A stretch of 64,000 bases of DNA from an uncultured Thermomicrobiales bacterium (GTDB taxonomy: Bacteria > Chloroflexota > Chloroflexia > Thermomicrobiales > UBA6265), in the NCBI GenBank assembly GCA_964244115.1, contig CAXTHM010000014.1, positions 330 to 64,329 of the forward strand, given 5' to 3'. Under the pieces are notes generated by a model. The model saw nothing but the letters and a program-made list of their open reading frames with translations. It searched no databases and was not told the DNA's origin. Made by a program: the position numbers and the translations under genes. This document shows, one piece after another, positions 35,695 to 42,671 of the stretch (positions are counted from its first letter, which is position 1; every line of letters starts with the position of its first letter).

Positions 35695-36480
35695 ATGGTC
35701 GCGTGGAAGAGCACAACCGAGTTCAGCCCGGAGCCCCTCGACCTGGCTGCCTACGCCGCGGCCCATCACCTCGCCCTGCCGGAGACGGATAACGCGATCG
35801 GGCCGACCGACCCGGTCCTCGTCATCGACCACGCCGCCTGGGAGGCGCTCTGGGACCACGCCCGGTCGGCCGACGTCGAGGTCGGCGGGCTGCTGGTCGG
35901 CGAGGTCTTTCGGGATACGGCGACTGACCGACCGGTCACGATCGTCCGGGGCGCGATCCCGGCCATTGGCGGAGCGTCGTCCGCCGTCAGCTTCACCTTC
36001 ACGCCGGACGCGTGGGACCACCTCACCGCCGCGCGTGACCACTCGTGGCCGGAGCTGATCACCGTCGGCTGGTTCCACACCCACCCCAACCTCGGCGTCT
36101 TCTACTCTGGGACCGACCGCAACACGCAGCACGCCTTCTTCAACCGCCCCTGGAACGTCGGTATCGTCGTCGACCCGCTGGCGCTCTCGGATCAGGTCGG
36201 GCTGTTCGTCGGCGCCCACAGTCGCCGCATCCCGGCCTCGGACCTCGTCGTCGCACCGGAGCTGATTGCCGTCGCACGGCAGCCGGTCGCCGGTGCACGG
36301 GTGCCCGCCGCGCCGGTCCCGGAGCCGATCCGTCCCGTCCCGACGCCGATCCGCCCGACGATCCGCACCGTCTGGGACACCTACGGCTCGCGAGTCGCGG
36401 CGGCGGCGGCCGGAGCGGCAGTCGCCGTCGTGGCGGTGGCCGCGACCGAATGGGTCCGCTCGCAGCGCAGGGAACCGTAG
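35695..36480 (+). CDS. JAB/MPN+ (JAMM) metalloprotease with Pro-rich linker and hydrophobic C-terminal segment
   Basis: VEVGGLLVGE (Glu) and GWFHTHPNLGVFYSGTD, an exact HxHx7SxxD at 36076-36117. C-terminus: ...PVPEPIRPVPTPIRP...RVAAAAAGAAVAVVAVAATEWVRSQRREP. GGAGGA RBS before ATG 35695. Confidence 0.85.
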   Translation: MVAWKSTTEFSPEPLDLAAYAAAHHLALPETDNAIGPTDPVLVIDHAAWEALWDHARSADVEVGGLLVGEVFRDTATDRPVTIVRGAIPAIGGASSAVSFTFTPDAWDHLTAARDHSWPELITVGWFHTHPNLGVFYSGTDRNTQHAFFNRPWNVGIVVDPLALSDQVGLFVGAHSRRIPASDLVVAPELIAVARQPVAGARVPAAPVPEPIRPVPTPIRPTIRTVWDTYGSRVAAAAAGAAVAVVAVAATEWVRSQRREP

Positions 36481-37521
36481 ATGAGCGAGCGCGCCGAGCA
36501 GATCTCCTATCTGCAACGCCTGATCGACCGGATGACCGGCCGGTCGGCGGCGGCACACGAGGCGGCCAGTGAACCCGCCCATCTGCTCACGCCCGACCCG
36601 CGCGAGTCCCAGCAGCGCCACGGCGACCGGCCCCGGACACCCGGCTCCCGCCCACCATCCCGAACGCCGGCGTCAACGCCGAGAGCGCTGGAATCCCGCA
36701 CGCCGGAGCGCATGGCCCGGCCGACCCCGTCGACGATCTCGTGGGGCGGGGCGGCGGGTCCGTCCGTGCTCGACGACCCGCTCCACTTCATCGGCCAGAC
36801 AGACCCGCTCGAAGGGACCGCCCTGCTGGCCGGGGAGCAGGTCTCGGTCTGCACCCGCTGCGGCGCGGCCTATCACCTCGCGACGATGAGCTTCATCCGC
36901 GGCGCGACCGGCGGCGCCTGCGTCAGTTGCGGCACCGCCGGGCTGTTCCAGACCCTGACGCTGGAGGCCGGCGCCCAGACCATCGCCGCCCCGCCACCGC
37001 CGGTCATCACGATCCCGGTCGCGAACGAGCGCAAACCCATCCGTCCGACCCCTACCGCCGCGCCGCCCCGTGACGCCGCCGGCCGGCCGATCATCCAGCT
37101 CCATCAGGTCCGCGACCACATCGGCGAGGAGGTCGCCTTCGAGGGCCGCGTCCTCCGGGTCCATCTCACCGGCGGCGGGGCCTACTTCCTCTACTTCGAG
37201 CGGGCGGCCCGGGTGCTCGACGGCTTCCGGGCCGTGATCCGGCCGCGGGACATCTTCCACTGGGAGATCGAGGGGCTCGTCCCGCCCGACGCCTACCCGG
37301 ACCAGTGGGTCCGGATCGCGGGGCGGATCGTCGACGACCCGCGCTGGCAACTGGAGATCCTGATCCAGCGGCCGGAGTCGATCCAGATCCTCGACGGCCC
37401 GACCGAGTCGGCCGGCTGGCGCCCGGACGACGGGCTGATCCCGGACATCCCGGCCCCGCTGCTGTCCGACGCCCCGGCCATGAAGTCGGAACCAGCCGCC
37501 CGGGTCCGCTGGCTGGATTGA
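36481..37521 (+). CDS. Zn-ribbon plus OB-fold-like protein of unknown function (candidate adaptor/E3-like/target)
   Basis: The start abuts the JAB stop (TAGATG). Disordered P/R/S-rich N-terminal third. CTRCGAAYH...CVSCG (C124, C127, H132, C147, C150; 36850-36930). C-terminal pattern IIQLHQVRDHIGEEVAFEGRVLRVHLTGGGAYFLYFE...FRAVIRPRD...DQWVRIAGRIVDDPRWQLEILIQRPESIQIL is typical of OB-fold modules. Confidence 0.6.
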   Translation: MSERAEQISYLQRLIDRMTGRSAAAHEAASEPAHLLTPDPRESQQRHGDRPRTPGSRPPSRTPASTPRALESRTPERMARPTPSTISWGGAAGPSVLDDPLHFIGQTDPLEGTALLAGEQVSVCTRCGAAYHLATMSFIRGATGGACVSCGTAGLFQTLTLEAGAQTIAAPPPPVITIPVANERKPIRPTPTAAPPRDAAGRPIIQLHQVRDHIGEEVAFEGRVLRVHLTGGGAYFLYFERAARVLDGFRAVIRPRDIFHWEIEGLVPPDAYPDQWVRIAGRIVDDPRWQLEILIQRPESIQILDGPTESAGWRPDDGLIPDIPAPLLSDAPAMKSEPAARVRWLD

Positions 37522-37565
37522 CCCGAACTGCCGAACGGCGCCATCGTGACCAAGGGAGCCAGACG

Positions 37566-38354
37566 ATGCAACCGAAACCGGCGCACCTCGAAGCACGCTA
37601 CGGCGAGCAGTTCTCCGACCAGTCGGTCGTGGACGCCTACGGGCTCCGGCCGCCCTACCCCGATGGCGTCATCGACCTACTCGCCGACCTCGCCGGTCCG
37701 ACGGGGGCCGTGCTCGACCTCGGCTGCGGGACCGGCGAGATCACCCGCCGCCTCGCCGGGCGCGTCGGCCGGATCGACGCGGTCGACCCGTCGGCGGCGA
37801 TGCTTGTCAGGGCCCGGTCGTTGCCTGGCGGGGACCAAGCGAACCTGTCCTGGATCCACGGAGCGGCCGAAGATGCTCCGTTCGACCCGCCGTACGACCT
37901 CGTCTGCGCCGCCGCCGCGCTCCACTGGATGGACTGGGCGGTCGTCCTGCCCAGAATCCGGGCGGCGCTGACCCCGTCCGGTCCGCTGGCGATCGTTGGG
38001 GACGGCGTGGCTACCGTCCCCTGGGCCGCCGACGCGCAGGTCGTGATCGATCGATATTCGACCAACCGGGATTACCGTCCCTACAATCTGCAAGCAGAAC
38101 TCGAGCAGCGCGGACTCTTCCGCGAGACCGGCCGCTACCGCTCCGAGCCGGTCCCGTTCGACCAGACGATATATGATTACGTCAACAGCTATCACGCTCG
38201 CAATGGCTTCTCCCGCGACCGGATGGACCCGGCCAAAGCCGACGCCTTCGACCGCGAGCTGACCGCCATCGTCGCCTCACACGTCACCGGCGATACCGTC
38301 CGGCTCATGGTCTTCGGCGCCATCGTCTGGGGCATCCCCGGACCCGCCGATTGA
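37566..38354 (+). CDS. class I SAM-dependent methyltransferase
   Basis: Motif I VLDLGCGTGEITRRLA, motif II RIDAVDPSAAML, post-II DLVCAAAALHWMDW. AAGGGAG RBS. Confidence 0.8.
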   Translation: MQPKPAHLEARYGEQFSDQSVVDAYGLRPPYPDGVIDLLADLAGPTGAVLDLGCGTGEITRRLAGRVGRIDAVDPSAAMLVRARSLPGGDQANLSWIHGAAEDAPFDPPYDLVCAAAALHWMDWAVVLPRIRAALTPSGPLAIVGDGVATVPWAADAQVVIDRYSTNRDYRPYNLQAELEQRGLFRETGRYRSEPVPFDQTIYDYVNSYHARNGFSRDRMDPAKADAFDRELTAIVASHVTGDTVRLMVFGAIVWGIPGPAD

Positions 38355-38450
38355 TCTCCCCTACCCCACAGACATCCCTTCGCCAGGCGCCCCTTTCCAT
38401 CGCATCACCCCGACGGCGGCCCGGCTAGTGGCCCCGTCACAGGAGCGCAG

Positions 38451-40508
38451 ATGAGCGACGACCCCACCGATCCCCAGGACGACAGCGCGACCGGCGCCGA
38501 GCCGGAACTGTCCAACAACGACGGCGGCATCGGCCGTCCGCCACCCCGAACCCCGCGCCCGCCCCGCCTCGACGAGCGTCGCGGCGGCCTACGCGGACCC
38601 AATGGCCGGATCATCCCGCCGGGCGGCTCCGGGCCGGGCCGGAATGGCCCCCCGGTCCCGACCGTCCGCTTCCTCACCGGGCAGGGTCAGGCCGACGGCG
38701 ACCGGACCGAGCGCGAGGGCGACGAGCCCGACGAGCCGACCAGCACGACGCCGCTGCTCGATGCGGCGGGCCGCGACCTGACCGCCCTGGCCCGAGCCGG
38801 CGAGCTACCGGACATCGTCGGCCGCGACCCCCAGATCCTCCAGCTCGCCCAGACGCTGCTCCGCCATGACCGCCCCGCGCCGCTCCTGATCGGCGAGTCC
38901 GGCATCGGGCGGACGGCGATCGTCGAGGGGCTCGCCGTCCGGGCCGTCGCCGAGGGGGCCGACCCGCGGCTGGCGAAGCTCCGGATCGTCCAGCTCTCGC
39001 TCGACCAGATGGGCGGCGACGCGATGATCCGTCCCCGGATGGCGAACCGCTTCGGCGCCGTTCTGGAAGAGGTCGTCGCCCACCCGGATACGGTCCTGTT
39101 CATCGACGGGCTGCACCTGCTGCTCGGCGGGACCCCGATCGAGATCGTCCCGGCCGACGTGCTGCGCGGCTTCCTCAACCAGCACGCCGGCCAGATGATC
39201 GGCACGACGACGCCGAAGATCGCCGAGGCGATGCTGAGCCCGCAGCGCGAGCTCGCCCCGTCGCTGATGCCGATCACCGTCGGCGAGCTCTCGGAAGAGG
39301 ATGCCCGGACGCTACTGACCCGGCAGGCCGGTGCCTACGCCGCCCACCATGACGTCGAGATCGGTCCGGACGCGATCGAGGCCGCCCTCGCCCTCAGCAT
39401 CCGCTACGTCTCCCAGGGCTGGTTGCCGCGCAAGGCCAGCGAGCTGCTCGACATCGCCGCCAGCCAGCGCAGCCTGCCCCTGCTGACCGGCCGGGCGAAC
39501 GGCGAGCGTCCCGTCGTGACGCCGGAGGCGATCGCCGCCGCACTCCACGCCCGCTGGGGGATCACCGCCCCGAGCTGGGACGCCGCCCAGGAGCACAGTG
39601 AGCCGACCCCGCTGGCCGCGCCGGCGGACCTCGCCGAGCGGCTGGCCGAACGCATCCTCGGGCAGCCCGAGGCGATCGGCGCCATGACCGACGCCGTCCG
39701 CGTCGCCGCCCTCGGGCTCCGCACGACCGACCGGCCCCGGGCCGTGATGCTGTTCGGCGGCCCGACCGGCGTCGGCAAGACGGCCCTCGCCCGGAACCTG
39801 GCCTCGGCCCTGTTCGGCTCCGAAGAGGCGCTGCTCCGGATCGACATGAGCGAGTTCCAGCAGCAGCACGTCATCGCCCGGCTACTCGGGGCGCCCCCCG
39901 GCTTCGTCGGCTACAACGACGGCGGCCAGCTCTCCCGCTTCCTCCGCGCCCACCCGGAGAGCGTCATCCTGCTCGATGAGATCGAGAAGGCCCACCCGCA
40001 GGCGCTCGACATCTTCCTCCAGCTCTTCGACGCCGGCCGGATCACCGATGGCCACGGCCAGATCCTCGACGCCCGCCACGCCGTCTTCATCATGACGACC
40101 AACCTCCCGATGAGCGACAACCACGTCACCCTCCGGGCTCGGCTGCGACCGGAGTTCCTCAACCGGATCGACCGGATCGTCCAGTTCCGGGCCCTGGAAC
40201 TGGAGGACCTCGAGCGGATCGCGTTGATGCGGCTGGAGACGCTGACCGCCCAGCTCCGCGCCCGGCAGATCATCCTGCGGGTCACGCCGGACGCCCTGAC
40301 CGCCCTGGCCCGGCCGGAGTCCGACGGGCGGGCTGCCAACGGTCGCACGGTCGAGCGCCGGCTGGACCAGGAGGTGGCCGGGCGGGTCGCCGAGTGGGCC
40401 GCGCTGCTGACCGGGATGGCGCCGGGCCAGCCGGTCGTCCTGACGCTGGAGGCCACCGCGACCGGCACCCGCGTCAGCCCGCCGGGGATGCTCGACGTCA
40501 ACGCCTGA
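38451..40508 (+). CDS. ClpA/ClpB-family double-ring AAA+ ATPase with degenerate D1 and no Clp_N domain
   Basis: D1: LIGESGIGRTAIVEGLA (Walker A Lys replaced by Arg) and VLFIDGLHLLLG (Walker B DE replaced by DG). D2 is canonical: LFGGPTGVGKTALA, VILLDEIEKAHPQALDIFLQLFDAGRITDG, LLGAPPGFVGY, PEFLNRID. The first ~100 aa are G/P/R-rich. No coiled-coil M-domain and no IGF/IGL-type loop seen. Confidence 0.8.
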   Translation: MSDDPTDPQDDSATGAEPELSNNDGGIGRPPPRTPRPPRLDERRGGLRGPNGRIIPPGGSGPGRNGPPVPTVRFLTGQGQADGDRTEREGDEPDEPTSTTPLLDAAGRDLTALARAGELPDIVGRDPQILQLAQTLLRHDRPAPLLIGESGIGRTAIVEGLAVRAVAEGADPRLAKLRIVQLSLDQMGGDAMIRPRMANRFGAVLEEVVAHPDTVLFIDGLHLLLGGTPIEIVPADVLRGFLNQHAGQMIGTTTPKIAEAMLSPQRELAPSLMPITVGELSEEDARTLLTRQAGAYAAHHDVEIGPDAIEAALALSIRYVSQGWLPRKASELLDIAASQRSLPLLTGRANGERPVVTPEAIAAALHARWGITAPSWDAAQEHSEPTPLAAPADLAERLAERILGQPEAIGAMTDAVRVAALGLRTTDRPRAVMLFGGPTGVGKTALARNLASALFGSEEALLRIDMSEFQQQHVIARLLGAPPGFVGYNDGGQLSRFLRAHPESVILLDEIEKAHPQALDIFLQLFDAGRITDGHGQILDARHAVFIMTTNLPMSDNHVTLRARLRPEFLNRIDRIVQFRALELEDLERIALMRLETLTAQLRARQIILRVTPDALTALARPESDGRAANGRTVERRLDQEVAGRVAEWAALLTGMAPGQPVVLTLEATATGTRVSPPGMLDVNA

Positions 40509-40528
40509 GCCGACCCGTTGACGAACCA

Positions 40529-40562
40529 CCAGACGGCGCGACCCCGGGGTCGCGCCGTCTGG
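40529..40562 (+). terminator. perfect 34-nt palindromic hairpin after the AAA+ gene
   Basis: CCAGACGGCGCGACCCCGGGGTCGCGCCGTCTGG, 20 nt after the stop. No clear U-tract. Confidence 0.55.
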
Positions 40563-40955
40563 TATGCTGCGCGGACATCGCCTCGCTCGCGCCGGGCCGC
40601 ATCATGATCATTGCAAGGGAGACCCATCGACCGTCCGTCGGATGGGTCTCGTCGATCCTGGTCGGCGGCCGTCGCGACGCATCCCTCCGATGCCGGGCGC
40701 CAGCCCCCGCCATCTCACCCCACACTCCCCGGCCAGTTCGCGGAGCACGCACGAAGGAGATGCCCTGATGAACCCAATGGTGATCCCCCGCTAGATCGTG
40801 GCCCGGTCCGGCCATTCACATCCGGACCGAACGAGCTATCACCCGGAAGACGGCCAGATCCGTTGTCGGAGCCCACCTACGGTCGCCGGCAGGGATCCGT
40901 GCGCCCTGTTGCAGCGGTCCATTCATCGTAGCGTCCCATGTGGTCGCCCGGTTCT

Positions 40956-41035
40956 TGTCGGGGCGAAGCTTGCGAGTCCGGCCGCCGCAGCGGCCATCGC
41001 CCCGCAGGGCGATAACCGGTGTTCCGGGTTCAACC
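40956..41035 (-). repeat. family-A repeat
   Basis: TGTCGGGGCGAAGCTTGCGAGTCCGGCCGCCGCAGCGGCCATCGCCCCGCAGGGCGATAACCGGTGTTCCGGGTTCAACC. Confidence 0.8.
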
Positions 41036-41238
41036 GTGTTTGGCAAGAAATCGCATGGCCGTGACCGCGTCGCCCAATATGGATCGCATGGTCCCTTGCC
41101 TTGATGGCCGCTGCGGCGGCCCGGATGGGCAATCTCCCCCTCCGGACGTCGTCGCCTTGCACGACCGGAAATGAGACCGACCGTGAACACGCCCGCCCTC
41201 ATCAGACACACCTTCAATTGACAGGGAATGGACCAGCA

Positions 41239-42513
41239 ATGATTACCCAGCACTACCCCCCAGCGGCTCCCGAGAGCACGCCGGACCCACGGATCTTCAG
41301 CAGCGAGGGACAGGCGTTCCTCGTCGGCGACACCATCTTCCTGCGCGGCATCGAGGACGAGGACGCCGTCCGCGCCAGCGCCTGGCGCGACTCTCCCTAC
41401 CCGATCAACGCCGAGCGGGCTGGCGAAATCATCAAGGAGATGACCGAGAAGCCCAAGCCCGGCAGCCGCTTCCTCGTCGCCTGCCGCCGCAGCGACGGCG
41501 AGCCGGTCGGCTCGCTGTCCCTGTCCCGCTGGCCAGGCAACGACCTCGACATCCCGGTGGACCTCTACGCCAACCCGGCCCTCCCCGACCGCGAGGCGAT
41601 CCGGGCCGAGATGCTGAAGCTGTTCATCGCGTGGGGCGCCAGCGAGGGCGAGCTCCCGGTGGTCTACATCGAGTTCGCCGACTCGCAGACCGAGCTCCGG
41701 GCGATGGCCGAGTCCCTCGGGATGCGCCACGCGGCCCTGTGGCGCGAGCAGCGCTGGCTCGACGGCGCCTGGCGGGACAAGCTCGCCTACGCCTGGCATA
41801 ACCCGGCCTGGATCCCGCGGCTCGGCGAGCCCGGCGTCGGGATCGACTTCGCCCTGCCCGTTGACGACGCCTCCCGCTGGCGCCCGCGGCAGTTCCCGAC
41901 CTACGGCACGCTCGGTGGCGACCCGCCGACCAATGCCGTCATGGTCGGCCCGCGCGTCTACCTGCGGCCGATCGAGATGGAGGACGCCCCGGTGATCGTC
42001 GCCGGCCAGCGCCGCGAGACCGAGACCTTCTTCGATGATGGCCGCCTGCCGGGGAGCGTCGCCCGGATGCGCCAGCACACCCGCGACCTGGTGAAGGACG
42101 ACATCCAGGAGTGGGTCCGGTTCGCCGTCTGCCTGCGAGAGACCGGCGAGATCATCGGCACCAACGGGATCGACTCCGTCGACCTGATCAACCGGACCGC
42201 CGAGACGGAGACGTTCTTCCACAACGCCGCCTACCGGGGCGGCGGCTACGGCTCGGAAGCCAAGCAGCTCCTGCTTGCCTACGCCTTCGAGCGCCTCGGG
42301 CTGCACTCCGTCTACAGCTGGGTCTGGGGGCCGAATACCCGCTCCGCCGCCGCGCTGCGCAAGCAGGGCTACCGCGAGTGCGGCCGCGTCTTCTGGGCCG
42401 GGACCAAGAACGGCGAGTACACCCACGCCTACACCTTCGACTTCCTCGCCGAGGAGTGGCGCGAGATGACGGCCCGGGCGGCCACTGCCGAGTCGATGGC
42501 GGTCGCCCGATAA
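41239..42513 (+). CDS. double-GNAT (RimJ/RimL-like) N-acetyltransferase, paralog 1
   Basis: Two acetyltransferase halves. The second carries the acetyl-CoA motif AYRGGGYGSEAKQLLLAYAFERLGLHSV...NTRSAAALRKQGYRECG. 424 aa from ATG 41239. Confidence 0.75.
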   Translation: MITQHYPPAAPESTPDPRIFSSEGQAFLVGDTIFLRGIEDEDAVRASAWRDSPYPINAERAGEIIKEMTEKPKPGSRFLVACRRSDGEPVGSLSLSRWPGNDLDIPVDLYANPALPDREAIRAEMLKLFIAWGASEGELPVVYIEFADSQTELRAMAESLGMRHAALWREQRWLDGAWRDKLAYAWHNPAWIPRLGEPGVGIDFALPVDDASRWRPRQFPTYGTLGGDPPTNAVMVGPRVYLRPIEMEDAPVIVAGQRRETETFFDDGRLPGSVARMRQHTRDLVKDDIQEWVRFAVCLRETGEIIGTNGIDSVDLINRTAETETFFHNAAYRGGGYGSEAKQLLLAYAFERLGLHSVYSWVWGPNTRSAAALRKQGYRECGRVFWAGTKNGEYTHAYTFDFLAEEWREMTARAATAESMAVAR

Positions 42514-42553
42514 CCGACCCCACCTCTACAAGGTTCGCCAGAAGCGGTGAATC

Positions 42554-42584
42554 CTGTAGGGTGGGGCAAGCCCCACCCTACGAA
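42554..42584. repeat. perfect hairpin related to the third arm of family A; likely terminator between the GNAT paralogs
   Basis: CTGTAGGGTGGGGCAAGCCCCACCCTACGAA (GTAGGGTGGGG / CCCCACCCTAC stem). Confidence 0.6.
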
Positions 42585-42671
42585 CCGTCGTCCCCACTGA
42601 ACGGCTTCGGTCAGCTCGGCCACCACGCAACCCCAACATATACCTCACCCCCACACAAACGGAGTCCCTAC

